Source of the DNA: Gammaproteobacteria bacterium
GTDB taxonomy: Bacteria; Pseudomonadota; Gammaproteobacteria; Pseudomonadales; Halieaceae
Direction of reading: 5' to 3'
NCBI GenBank assembly: GCA_024742415.1
Contig: JANSYN010000010.1
Location: 39,251-103,250 of the forward strand
DNA length: 64,000 nt
Of this stretch, positions 9,731-19,381 are shown piece by piece. The notes under the pieces were generated by a model that had not been told where the DNA came from, made no database searches, and saw nothing but the letters and a program-made list of their open reading frames with translations. The position numbers were made by a program, and so were the translations under genes. How positions within the stretch are numbered: position 1 is the first letter of the stretch; every line of letters starts with the position of its first letter.

Positions 9731-10399
9731 CTAGATAGAAAGCGCCGCGATGCGACTCAGGTGGCTATAGGGCAAACCCGATTCGGCGTGCCACTGGTTA
9801 AAGGTGGCCTGTATCAGTCGCAGTTCACGCCCGCTGGTGGGATTCGAGCGTATATCCAGGCCGGCACGCTGTAATGCCAGAACCACGTCGCCGGTAATGA
9901 CAAACGTGTCGCGGCCCAGGTTGCGCAAGACACGCTGGCCGGTCATACCGCCGAGCCTGGCGCCGCCTTTTTTCAGCGCAGCGAACAAGCCGATGAGGTC
10001 CTCATCGGGCCAGTTGGTGGCGAAGGTCCCAAAGTTGCCGTGTTCCCGGGCGATATCCAGCACAAACTGCGCATTGGCCTGAATCGCCAGGACTTTCTGG
10101 CGGTTACGTATGATGCGCGGATTCTGCGCAAAGCGGTCGATTTGCTCGGGGCTGAGCATGACGATCTTGTGGGGCGGGAAGCCGAAAAAAACATCCTCAA
10201 AGTCGTCCCACTTGCGCTCGACAACCCGCCACACGAAACCTGCCTGAAACACGCAGCGCGTCATTTCGGCCAGCCAGCGATCATCGGCGGTGCGCTTTAG
10301 CGCGCGTGCACTGCGCACCTCGGGCAGCATTGCCGTGACGGCTGTACCGCCACCGTGGCGTTCACAGGCGCGCTCATGGATCTCGCCAAACGGTTGCAT
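9731..10399 (-). CDS. tag: DNA-3-methyladenine glycosylase I family protein
   Basis: VFQAGFVWRVVERKW...F.GF.P...IIRNRQKVLAIQANA...LKKGGARLGGMT pattern. Confidence 0.8.
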   Translation of the reverse strand: MQPFGEIHERACERHGGGTAVTAMLPEVRSARALKRTADDRWLAEMTRCVFQAGFVWRVVERKWDDFEDVFFGFPPHKIVMLSPEQIDRFAQNPRIIRNRQKVLAIQANAQFVLDIAREHGNFGTFATNWPDEDLIGLFAALKKGGARLGGMTGQRVLRNLGRDTFVITGDVVLALQRAGLDIRSNPTSGRELRLIQATFNQWHAESGLPYSHLSRIAALSI

Positions 10400-10431
10400 G
10401 CGCTCAGGGGTGACCGGGACGTCGCCCGGGA

Positions 10432-10668
10432 TCAGTTATTGTGGCTGCCGTCGCACAGTGGTTGATTGGCCGAGGCCTTGCAGCCACAGAAAAACACCTT
10501 GCTGTCTTCAGTGGCGTCCCAGCGCACCGGCGAAAAGCCGCTGTCCTTGTGTGAACCGTCGCAGAAGGGCTGGCTGGCGCTGAGTCCGCAGGCGCACCAG
10601 AAATAGGCCTTGCCCGATTCGACCTCGACGGCATAGGGGGTGTCTGCAGCGCGCTTGGGATCGTCCAT
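10432..10668 (-). CDS. CDGSH iron-sulfur protein with two motifs (CISD3/MiNT-like)
   Basis: WCACGLSASQPFCDGSH and FCGCKASANQPLCDGSH. Confidence 0.92.
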   Translation of the reverse strand: MDDPKRAADTPYAVEVESGKAYFWCACGLSASQPFCDGSHKDSGFSPVRWDATEDSKVFFCGCKASANQPLCDGSHNN

Positions 10669-10701
10669 AGGTGTGTCCTCCGGGGGTGGTTTTGGCCAAG
10701 A

Positions 10702-11949
10702 CTACTGGATGTTGGTTTTCAGTAACAGGCGTTTGAACACCACGGCGTTGTGATCGGTTTCGTCGCGCTCGGGTTCTTCGGCCAGTTCCACGTTCGGGAA
10801 ACGCGTGAACAGTTCAGACAGCGTGAGAAAGAGCTGGCGTTTGGCCAGTGCCGCGCCGATACAGTAGCGCGGCCCATAGCCGAACATGACATCCGGATTG
10901 AACGTTCTTTCCACGTCAAAGGTTTCCGGATCCTCATAGTATTGCGGGTTGTAGTCTTTCAAATGCGGCATCATCAACACCATGACGCCCTTGCGCAGCT
11001 GTTCGCCCATGAATTCCATGTCGCGTGGGGCGTAGCGTGCAAAGCCCATCTTCGACGACACTCCCCAGCGGTTGATTTCACAAAAGGCGTTGGAAAACGC
11101 ATCGGGCGAGGCCAGGGCCTTGGCAATCTGTGCGCGGTCGTTCTTCAGCAGCGCATAGACCGACCATTGCTGCGCAACCAGGGTGGTGTCGGCGCCAGCG
11201 CCGATCAGCGCAAGAATGAGGGTGATGATGTCGCCCTCTTCAAACTTTTCGTTCTCCTGCTCGATGCGCAGCAGGGTGCTGAGGAAGTCATCCTGCTCAG
11301 GCGCAGCGCGGCGCTCGTCGATGACCTTCTTGATGATGTCGATGGCACGATTGCTGTCCTGGCGCGCGGCTTCACGTTGCTCATCCGAGATTGTCGGGTT
11401 CCACGCTTCGGTGAACGTCAGGATGACCTGCTTGATTTCAGGCCAGTATTTCTCCGGGATGCCGACCATGCGCGTGATGGAGATGAAAGGGATGTGGAAG
11501 GCGATCTCTTGCTTGTAGTCAAAAACCTCAGGCGTACCGAGTTCATCGAACAGCTTCTTGACCTCTGGCTCAATCTTGGACTGGATGGCGTCCACCACGT
11601 TGCGTGAGAAAGCCGGGGCCGTCACGCGGCGCACCAGGCGGTGATGGTCCTGCTCCGCCAGCAGACTGTGGCCGATCATGGCGCGCTCAAAATTGCTCCA
11701 TTCATCTTCGGGCGGGCGCGGCGGTGCAAACTCCCAGTCGTAAAAATCCGATGACAGGGGTTCTTCTTTCCAGCAGCGCATGATGTCTTCCATGCGCGTG
11801 ACAATCCACGCCTGCCAGGGTTCGTACCACACGATCGGGCCGCGCTCGGCCAACGCCAGGCACTGCGGTACGGGGTTTTCCATGTAGGCTCTGGAATTGG
11901 GGTCGAAAATGTCCTGGATGGGTGGCAGGTTCTGGGCGGCCTCGGCCAT
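10702..11949 (-). CDS. Cytochrome P450
   Basis: I-helix GAGADTT, K-helix EINR, heme motif FGYGPRYCIG. AGGAGA RBS before the ATG at 11949. Confidence 0.93.
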   Translation of the reverse strand: MAEAAQNLPPIQDIFDPNSRAYMENPVPQCLALAERGPIVWYEPWQAWIVTRMEDIMRCWKEEPLSSDFYDWEFAPPRPPEDEWSNFERAMIGHSLLAEQDHHRLVRRVTAPAFSRNVVDAIQSKIEPEVKKLFDELGTPEVFDYKQEIAFHIPFISITRMVGIPEKYWPEIKQVILTFTEAWNPTISDEQREAARQDSNRAIDIIKKVIDERRAAPEQDDFLSTLLRIEQENEKFEEGDIITLILALIGAGADTTLVAQQWSVYALLKNDRAQIAKALASPDAFSNAFCEINRWGVSSKMGFARYAPRDMEFMGEQLRKGVMVLMMPHLKDYNPQYYEDPETFDVERTFNPDVMFGYGPRYCIGAALAKRQLFLTLSELFTRFPNVELAEEPERDETDHNAVVFKRLLLKTNIQ

Positions 11950-12026
11950 AGGGTTCTCCTTTTGCGGGCAGGGGTGGTGCTGTCCCAATCTGGTTCGGTT
12001 TAAAGTGTAGCAAGATCGCGGAAAAA

Positions 12027-12042
12027 GTATACATCTGTATAC
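12027..12042. promoter_or_regulatory. Palindromic operator-like site upstream of P450
   Basis: Perfect GTATACA-TC-TGTATAC flanked by A and T tracts in a divergent intergenic region. Confidence 0.5.
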
Positions 12043-12194
12043 CTTTTGCAGATAATTAGTTTTTGCCCCCTGGTCAAACTGATGACCGGCAACCTGTGTA
12101 TCGGCCACGCTGGCGCGGGCCAGCGCCCGGCGTGTGTGTCCTACTGGGCACACTGGGAATAGCCCCGCAAAATAGCTTCTGGATCACACAATCT

Positions 12195-13019
12195 ATGGAA
12201 CTGGTAGTTTTCGATCTCGACGGCACCTTGCTCAATGGCAGCGCACAGGTGTCTGCGCACACCCGCGATACGCTGCGCCAACTGCGCGAGCGCGGTGTGG
12301 CCTACACGGTAGCCACCGGCAGAACCCTGCATGCCGCTGTGGACCTGCTCGATGGGCATGGTTTTGAACTGCCGCACATTTACAAGAACGGCGTGGTGGT
12401 GTGGCAGCCGGCACTGGGTGCCTACAGCCACAGCCAGTTACTGACCGGCGAGGAAATCCGCGACATTCTGGGCGCGTTTTATCGAGCGCAGGTCACACCG
12501 TTTATTTTCACGCTGGACGCCCAGGGTGAACATGCGGTGTATCACGGCCCCCTGCAGAACATGGCCGAGCACAAGCTTGCCCAGGTCATCGCCAATGATC
12601 GCGGGCTGGATGTACTGCCCGTGGCGGATATGCCGGGGCACCTGGATATCACCAATATCAGCGCTCTGGGGCAGGAAAGCGCCATTGCCACCATCGAACA
12701 GTGTGTAGCCGACGCACCGCACCTTGTCGCTTTTGGCGGTGTTGCGTTTGAAGGGGATGACCTGTACTGGCTGGATGTGCATCACAGCGCCGCCAGTAAA
12801 GGCAGCGCCGTGACCCTGCTGAAAGAGGAGTTGGGGTTCAGTCGCGTGATCTGCTTTGGGGATAGCGACAACGACCTTTCCATGTTCGAAATTGCCGATG
12901 AAAGCTATGCGCCCAGTAACGCCAAGGCACCGGTCAAAGCGGCGGCAACGGCTATCGTGGGGCACCACGATGAAGACGGCATCTCCCGCTTCCTGCGCGA
13001 GCGTTTCAACCTGGCCTAG
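12195..13019 (+). CDS. Cof-type HAD-IIB hydrolase
   Basis: VFDLDGTLL, VATGR, SKGSAV and CFGDSDNDLSMF motifs. Confidence 0.92.
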   Translation: MELVVFDLDGTLLNGSAQVSAHTRDTLRQLRERGVAYTVATGRTLHAAVDLLDGHGFELPHIYKNGVVVWQPALGAYSHSQLLTGEEIRDILGAFYRAQVTPFIFTLDAQGEHAVYHGPLQNMAEHKLAQVIANDRGLDVLPVADMPGHLDITNISALGQESAIATIEQCVADAPHLVAFGGVAFEGDDLYWLDVHHSAASKGSAVTLLKEELGFSRVICFGDSDNDLSMFEIADESYAPSNAKAPVKAAATAIVGHHDEDGISRFLRERFNLA

Positions 13020-13052
13020 GCCGCCGCGCGCCCGTGTGCCGGTCGCGCGCCG

Positions 13053-14450
13053 CTACGGCTCCTGCAGTATCCCGCCAGCGCGCTGCCTCGCCAACAGCTC
13101 CTGGTAGATCAGCATCGCCAGGAACATTCCTGCGGGCGCCAGGTGAATGGCCAGTCTTCCCACCGCCGCGAAATTTTCTGCGCCGGCGCCAAAGCCTGTA
13201 AAAACAAACAGGAAGAAGTAGGCCGCAGCAGCGCAGGCAACGACCGTCGTCAGGATCAGGAGCTTGCGCGTCAACGCGCCGGGCATCACCAGCCCCAGCG
13301 GCACCAGCATCAGGATCAGGTAACCCAGCAGGTGCCAGCTGCTGTGCTGAAAGATGCTGTAAACAATGCCCAGCAGTGCCTCCTGGTTGAACGACGGCCG
13401 GAAGTCACGAATGGTGTGCCCTACTATCGCCAGATCCTTGGGCGCAACCAGCACGGCAAGCAGGCCGAGCAAAACAAGCAGCACGAAAAACTTGGCCGCC
13501 TCTCGGCGCTGCATGAGTGCCACTGCCAGCGCGGGTATGAGTGTCAGTGCCCAGATCAGACCCTCGTTCTTGATCAGCGGGCAAAGCAGCGCGAAGGCCA
13601 GGGCCAGCACGGCCAGCCAGGGCTCACGCAGGCGCGCCCAGTTGTGCAGGCACATCACGGCGCAGCCAAAGGCCGCCCCGAGGAACATATCGGCGTATCC
13701 GGCCAGCGCAACATGGGTATTGAGCAGCGGCAGTGACAGCAGCAGGTAGGTGAAAGCCACGGCCAGGGTGGTGCTGGCGCCGGCCAGCCGCGCCTGGCCG
13801 TAGAAAATGGCGCCCAGTGCCATAAAGCACAGCAGCCATGGCATGTTCATGGCGCTCTCGTTCCACTGGCCGAGTACCAGGGTCATCCACACCTGCAGCA
13901 GTGGAATGGTCGCCGGGTAGTGGGGGTGGCGGTCGGTGTACACGCCGCTACCGGAGCGCTCCAGCCAGCTGTTGTGGTCAACGAAAGGCACCATGGCCTG
14001 GTGTTCGAACCACACCCGGGCCTTGGTCGCCCAGTGCATGGTGGCATCCCAGGGAAACAGTGGCCGCAGGGAAACTTCTGTCGCCAGGGTCACCAGGCGC
14101 AGGGCGATCATCGCCAGAAGCAGGGCCAGCAACAGGCGCTCCGCATGACCCATGGGTGCCGTCGGGGTGGGGTAGGGGTGGGCGGCGCTGACACCGCGCC
14201 TGAGGCCGGGTGCCAGTGCGAGTAGCGTCAGGCCCAGGCAGGTCAGTAGTGTGGGCAGTATGGCCAGCCCCCACCCTAGGGCGTCCCACAGGCGCATGAT
14301 TTGCGGCAACACCAGCAGCCCCAGCAACGTACCGGTGCCAAGCACCATGAATGGCCTGGCGATCACGCGGCGCGGCAGCAGTGCATGGGTCCATGCGCTG
14401 CCCATGAGTGCCGGCAGCAGGAGCGCTAGAATGATTAACAGCGCAGTCAT
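13053..14450 (-). CDS. Multi-pass GT-C-fold glycosyltransferase-like protein (PMT/ArnT-like)
   Basis: About 12 hydrophobic segments. First loop PLFPWDATMHW...K, then HPHYP, GYAD and IKNEG motifs typical of polyprenol-phosphate-sugar-dependent transferases. Confidence 0.65.
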   Translation of the reverse strand: MTALLIILALLLPALMGSAWTHALLPRRVIARPFMVLGTGTLLGLLVLPQIMRLWDALGWGLAILPTLLTCLGLTLLALAPGLRRGVSAAHPYPTPTAPMGHAERLLLALLLAMIALRLVTLATEVSLRPLFPWDATMHWATKARVWFEHQAMVPFVDHNSWLERSGSGVYTDRHPHYPATIPLLQVWMTLVLGQWNESAMNMPWLLCFMALGAIFYGQARLAGASTTLAVAFTYLLLSLPLLNTHVALAGYADMFLGAAFGCAVMCLHNWARLREPWLAVLALAFALLCPLIKNEGLIWALTLIPALAVALMQRREAAKFFVLLVLLGLLAVLVAPKDLAIVGHTIRDFRPSFNQEALLGIVYSIFQHSSWHLLGYLILMLVPLGLVMPGALTRKLLILTTVVACAAAAYFFLFVFTGFGAGAENFAAVGRLAIHLAPAGMFLAMLIYQELLARQRAGGILQEP

Positions 14451-15602
14451 TTACTGCAACCTGACCAGTGTGCCAACCGGGCTGTCGTGCACGATGTCCA
14501 CGGGCAGGCGCCGCTGTGCACTGAACAGCAGGCCGGCGCGGCGACTGATTTTCAGGTCAGAAGGTTTTGCAACAACAATATAGTCGCCCGGCTGCAGGTA
14601 TTTCAGGAAGGGGAGCTCGGGGCCGCGCAACACCCAGTACACGTTCTGCGGGTACAGGTAGTAAGAACTGCGCAGCCCGGTGTAGTTGTCTGTGCTGGCG
14701 ACGAACACCCTGGCATCGGGCTGATCAATGGCGGCTCTTGCTGCGCTGATAAATGCATACAGTGCTGCGTCGGGGCCGGCCTTGAGCTTCTCATCCGTGG
14801 TTTTGTAGGCAAACTGCTGGTGTGTCTCCACAACTTGCCGCAGTAGTTTGTGTTGCCAGACAAGATCCAGTGTAAACCAGCACACAAGAAACAGGAGCCC
14901 CGGGACGCGCCAGTCGATACCGCGGCCGCGCGCGAACAGCAGCACCCAGACGCCGTACAGCAACAGGCTGAGCACGAGAACGCACACCACCAGCACAACC
15001 GGGTAGAAGGGGGATAACTTGCTGACGCCGGTGTAACTGTTCATGGATGCGCGGCGCCACGGGTCATAGTTGCTCCAGTCGTTAACGATGTTACGTACCT
15101 GTCGCCAGATGGAGTAGTTGAGAAATTGCACATCCTCCAGTACGAAGGTATCGCCCTGCTGCCCGCGCACTATGATGCCGAAGTTGTCTATTGGCCCGGC
15201 CCAGTTGGCAATCTCGCTGGTTTGTAACCACATCGATTGGCGCGCCCGCACGGGCAGGTCGACGCTGGCGGGTGCGGACCTGCCGCTCTCGGCGCTCCAA
15301 CCCAGCGACACAGAGACCGCCGCAGGAATCTCGGCAAAATTGAGAACAAGGTAGTGATACTGCTCGGCGGCCCTGACTGACAAGGGCGCAATCACAACGC
15401 CGGTACTGCCCTTGCCCAGTTCCACGGCAAGGTTGCCATCGACGGGTCTGCCGCTGGCGCCTGCTACGGTAAACGCGTCGGCGCCCAGGCGAATGTCTGG
15501 AACCTTAACGGTATTTTCTGCTCGCAGGCTGTGCAATACAGACAGCCCCGCAAGCGTTGCGCCTATTGCCAGCACCAGAGACAACAGCGTTGCTCGCAGC
15601 AT
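14451..15602 (-). CDS. Hypothetical membrane protein with an N-terminal beta-sandwich-like exported domain
   Basis: N-terminal signal/anchor, beta-rich domain, two central TM helices and a C-terminal YYLYPQNV motif. Its stop codon abuts the ATG of the GT-C gene. Confidence 0.6.
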   Translation of the reverse strand: MLRATLLSLVLAIGATLAGLSVLHSLRAENTVKVPDIRLGADAFTVAGASGRPVDGNLAVELGKGSTGVVIAPLSVRAAEQYHYLVLNFAEIPAAVSVSLGWSAESGRSAPASVDLPVRARQSMWLQTSEIANWAGPIDNFGIIVRGQQGDTFVLEDVQFLNYSIWRQVRNIVNDWSNYDPWRRASMNSYTGVSKLSPFYPVVLVVCVLVLSLLLYGVWVLLFARGRGIDWRVPGLLFLVCWFTLDLVWQHKLLRQVVETHQQFAYKTTDEKLKAGPDAALYAFISAARAAIDQPDARVFVASTDNYTGLRSSYYLYPQNVYWVLRGPELPFLKYLQPGDYIVVAKPSDLKISRRAGLLFSAQRRLPVDIVHDSPVGTLVRLQ

Positions 15603-15861
15603 GGTCGGTCGTTTCTTCCCAAAGATAGCAAGAATAGTAGCAGGAAACAGGAAACCGGGGTGTCTATGGCGACCAAGGCTGTGAACCTGTTCTCGCTGGT
15701 AAGGTGCGTCGGTTCCGGCAGGACTGCGGGCGCGGCGCGACGGCCCGTACCCCGGCCATCACGTGCGTGTGCGCGGCGCGCCAGCTGCACGGCAGGCGCC
15801 CGGTACTATAACCATCTTCATTGCTCGCTGGGCACGGCCTCACAAGGGTAGAATTTTGCGC

Positions 15862-16530
15862 ATGCGGATACTCTTTATTCTCATGCTCGCCGTGCTGCTT
15901 GGCGGTTGTGGTGGCTATGAAATCAAGAACCTGGTCAAGTCTGACATTGACCTGGTAACGGATGAGTTTATCGCCCAGACGCGCCTGGCGGTGCAGGAAC
16001 TTGTGGTCAAACTTTACAAGCGCAATCCGGCGCAGCTGCGCAAGAACCCTGGCATGACCGTGCCGATGCGCCTGGCGCAGCTGCGCGATAATCGCTATGA
16101 GTTGAAGTTCGCCGAACTGGGTTATCGCCAGGACATCGATGCGATGAACCTGGCATTCGATGAGGAGTTTGGCGGCGATCGCGTCTTCGCACTGGCAGTT
16201 GGCCTGGGCAGCATGTTGCGCGAAGCCTACCAGTACAAGCCCGAGATGTTCCTGCCCGACCAGCTTGATGCCGCGGTATTGCTCACCAGTGCGCGTAACG
16301 TGGAAGTGCTGCTATGGAAGTTGAAGAACACGCGTCGCCCCAACGGCGAGCACTACATCATCAGCCATGAGTACCAGGGAGTGGTGGACAACCTCAGCTT
16401 TGAACGCCTGTTCGGGGAAATCATTGTTCTGCAGGAAATGATGGCGAAAATCGCCGGTGATTCCGACGACCGCGTGGTCACCGGTGCGGTGCACGCGGTG
16501 TCCAAGGTGTTTATTCCGCTGCCGCTATAG
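15862..16530 (+). CDS. Hypothetical lipoprotein
   Basis: Lipobox LLGGC after a hydrophobic signal; long ORF with typical codon bias. Confidence 0.7.
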   Translation: MRILFILMLAVLLGGCGGYEIKNLVKSDIDLVTDEFIAQTRLAVQELVVKLYKRNPAQLRKNPGMTVPMRLAQLRDNRYELKFAELGYRQDIDAMNLAFDEEFGGDRVFALAVGLGSMLREAYQYKPEMFLPDQLDAAVLLTSARNVEVLLWKLKNTRRPNGEHYIISHEYQGVVDNLSFERLFGEIIVLQEMMAKIAGDSDDRVVTGAVHAVSKVFIPLPL

Positions 16531-16555
16531 CGCGCAGGGGCAGCGATGCCAGGCG

Positions 16556-17143
16556 CTACGGGTTGTCAGTCGCAGCGGCGGGTTCTGCGCCTGTTGCCAT
16601 GGCGTCACCGATGCTTGCCGCGAATCTGGCCAGCAGGGCTTTTTCGGCGCTGGCCAGCGCGGCGTAGCCCGGGGTGTCCAGCGGTAACGATTCGGCAAAC
16701 CGGTGGGCGCTGGTCATTACACCGCTGCTGCTCAGCCACCAGTAGGCTACGAGGAGCGCCTGGCCGTCCAGGGTGCCGTGCATCTGGTCGATGCGGACAT
16801 TGATGGTTGTGCGGCCCGGGTCACGGTTGCCCGGCAACAGGTTCTCGCCGGTGCGCCTGGAAATTTCCTGCCGCAGTAACGTTTCTATGCCATCGCGGAC
16901 GGGCTCGGCCCACAGGTGGTAGCGCGCCGCGCGCACTTCGCCCGGAGCCGTTTCGAGCAGCAGGCCAGGCTGGTCGATGTACGGTGCGATGGAAATCTGT
17001 CCCAGAGCAAACTCACGGGATGGCTCCAGCGCGCCGCTGGTGATCGTCGCATCAGAGCGCAACAGATAATAGTTGGGTTCCAGCGGGGGGGTAGCACAGG
17101 CGCCAAGTGTGAGCGCCAGTACCAGGGCGATGCTGCGTTTCAT
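16556..17143 (-). CDS. pqiC: PqiC-family outer-membrane lipoprotein
   Basis: Lipobox LGAC, YYLL, I.IAPYIDQPGL, HLWAEP; last gene of the pqi operon with a 4-bp overlap. Confidence 0.85.
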   Translation of the reverse strand: MKRSIALVLALTLGACATPPLEPNYYLLRSDATITSGALEPSREFALGQISIAPYIDQPGLLLETAPGEVRAARYHLWAEPVRDGIETLLRQEISRRTGENLLPGNRDPGRTTINVRIDQMHGTLDGQALLVAYWWLSSSGVMTSAHRFAESLPLDTPGYAALASAEKALLARFAASIGDAMATGAEPAAATDNP

Positions 17144-18765
17144 TTACCGGCCTCCGGTATTGGGTCCGCCGCCGGCGCTGATGGCAACAGGACCGCATTG
17201 GGTTGTTCGGCCAGAGTGTGCGTAAAGACTTCGAGATTTTGCAGTGCACGATTCAGTCGCAACAGGCTGGAGTCGATGGTCTGGTAAACCGGCGAACCGG
17301 GAGCGACACCCTCAAGCGTAGCGCGCAGTTCACGCAGGGTGCCTTCTATTTCGGCGGGCAATTGCTGGGTGCTGGAACTGTTGATCAGCCCATTGAGGCT
17401 CTCCAGTGTGCTGTCGAGTGACGCTATGGCGGCGTTTGCCGTTTCTACCGTTTCCAGCAGCGGCAAGTCACTGAGCGTATCGAGTATCGATGCCACCTGC
17501 TGCTGCAACTGGTCGAAGCCCGTCTCAACGGTGGGAATCTCCTGGTAATCCATGAAGCTGCCCATGCTGGCAGACTGCGCCGCCTCAAAATAATCCAGGT
17601 TGATAAATTTCGCCCCGGTGAGCAGGCTGGCCGATTCCAGCGAGGCGCGCATGCCGTTGCGCACGCCAAGCTCGAGCGCATCGCGCAGTTTCTGGATCGA
17701 GGACTCACGGTCTGGCATTTCCAGGCGCGCAGGCTCCAGGTAGATCAGCACGGGCAGTGAGCTGGCCTGCCCTTTGAGACCCACGGCAAGTGCGCTCTCC
17801 ATAGTTTCACGCAGCAGTATCCGTTCGACCTTGCCGATGTGAATGCCACGGTACTCGACGGGCGCGCCGGGTAGCAGGCCCTTGACTGACTGGCTGAAGG
17901 ACACAACGTAGTAGGTGCCAAATTTGTACGGGTTCTCCAGGATGTCATCATAGGAGTCATACAGGCGAAACTCGGCATCGTGGGTGACGGGCTCTCCGGC
18001 CGCGATGCCCGGCGGATTGCCCAGCGCGATGCCGCCGAGAAAGACCGTATCCAGGGAGCCGGTGTCGATCTTCAGGCCCTCGGCGCTGGCGCTCATGGAA
18101 ATACCACTGACGTCCCAAAAGCGCGTGGAAGTGGATACCAGGTCGTCATAGGGTGCATCGATAAAAATACTGTGGCGTATCAGGCGCGATACCGGGTCAA
18201 ACTCGGTACTCTCGACCTGGCCGATCTTGAAACCCTTGAACAGTACCGCATCGCCGGTGCCGACTGACGTGCCGGAGCGGCTGGTTAACTGTATGCGCAA
18301 GCCGTGCGCGTCCGCAGCGGTGAGGGGAGGTTTGTCCAGCGCGGTAAACTTGCGCCAGCCGGCCTCGCCGGTGCCGGGTGACATTTCGATATAGGCACCG
18401 GAAAGCAGAGTATCCAGACCCGAGATTCGGTCGATACCCACGGTGGCGGTGACGACCCAGAACTTGGTGTCCTCGCGCAATAGCGGCGATGCCTGGCGAT
18501 TGAGCCTGACGGTGGCAACCACGCCGTTGAAGTCATCGTTCAGCCTGACGCTCTCGACAATGCCCATATCGACATTGCGATACTTTACCTTGGTCTTGCC
18601 CTGTTCCAGGCCATTGGCCGTGGTGAAGCCCAGTTCGATCTGTGGGCCCTGGGTGCTCCAGTTGTGAATGACCACAGACGCACCCAGCACCAGCGCGAGC
18701 AGAGGAATGAGCCACACCTTACTCATGTTGGAGCTTTGTGTTATTACCGCTTGTTCAGTGCTCAC
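17140..18765 (-). CDS. pqiB: PqiB intermembrane transport protein (three MCE/MlaD domains)
   Basis: VWLIPLLAL, GLEQGKTKVKYRNVDMG, TKFWVV, GLDTLLSGAYI, RFWDVSG, SVKGL.PGAPVEYRGI and SLLTGAKFI. The GTG start overlaps the pqiA C-half. Confidence 0.92.
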   Translation of the reverse strand: MSTEQAVITQSSNMSKVWLIPLLALVLGASVVIHNWSTQGPQIELGFTTANGLEQGKTKVKYRNVDMGIVESVRLNDDFNGVVATVRLNRQASPLLREDTKFWVVTATVGIDRISGLDTLLSGAYIEMSPGTGEAGWRKFTALDKPPLTAADAHGLRIQLTSRSGTSVGTGDAVLFKGFKIGQVESTEFDPVSRLIRHSIFIDAPYDDLVSTSTRFWDVSGISMSASAEGLKIDTGSLDTVFLGGIALGNPPGIAAGEPVTHDAEFRLYDSYDDILENPYKFGTYYVVSFSQSVKGLLPGAPVEYRGIHIGKVERILLRETMESALAVGLKGQASSLPVLIYLEPARLEMPDRESSIQKLRDALELGVRNGMRASLESASLLTGAKFINLDYFEAAQSASMGSFMDYQEIPTVETGFDQLQQQVASILDTLSDLPLLETVETANAAIASLDSTLESLNGLINSSSTQQLPAEIEGTLRELRATLEGVAPGSPVYQTIDSSLLRLNRALQNLEVFTHTLAEQPNAVLLPSAPAADPIPEAGK

Positions 18766-19381
18766 GTTGGTCCTGTTCCGCGTTGTCCCAGATGAGTCGG
18801 GAGTCAAAGCATTCGGCGGCGATCATTGTCACAATGACAACCCCAGCAAAGGAGATCGCTGCGACGCCCGGCCGAATGACCATCAAATCCCCAAGATGCA
18901 CGAGCGCTGCGAGTATCGCAACTACAAATACGTCGATCATTGACCACTTGCCAATGAACTCTGTCACTCGATAAATCTGGCTGCGCTGCTTCGCGTCCAT
19001 TACCTGGTGATTGTGCACGCTCCAGCACAGGTAAAACAGCACCATGAGTTTGCCCGATGGCACAATCACGCTGAACAGGAAGATCACCAGCGCGATCGGG
19101 ATGGATCCCAATTCAATCAGGAGCAGTATGCCCCCAAGAATGGTTGAGGCTTCAGTGGGCGCACCCAGGTGTTCGGTGTACATGATGGGGTACAGGTTGG
19201 CTGGAATGTACAGCACGCAGGCGGTGACAAGCAGGGCCAGCGTGCGTTGCAGGCTTTCCTCGGTGCGCAGGTGCAGGCGCGAGCCGCAGCGCGGGCAGTG
19301 CTGCAAGTGCGCCGGTGACAACTTGCAGCACAAGTGGCAGGACGCCAGCCCGACCGCTGCGGCCGTGTGTGCGTTGCTCAT
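18755..19381 (-). CDS. pqiA: PqiA-family membrane protein (C-terminal-half gene)
   Basis: CHLC...CPRCG, PANLYPIM, FSVIVP.GK and EFIGKWSMIDVFVV. ATGA overlap with the upstream half. Confidence 0.9.
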   Translation of the reverse strand: MSNAHTAAAVGLASCHLCCKLSPAHLQHCPRCGSRLHLRTEESLQRTLALLVTACVLYIPANLYPIMYTEHLGAPTEASTILGGILLLIELGSIPIALVIFLFSVIVPSGKLMVLFYLCWSVHNHQVMDAKQRSQIYRVTEFIGKWSMIDVFVVAILAALVHLGDLMVIRPGVAAISFAGVVIVTMIAAECFDSRLIWDNAEQDQREH

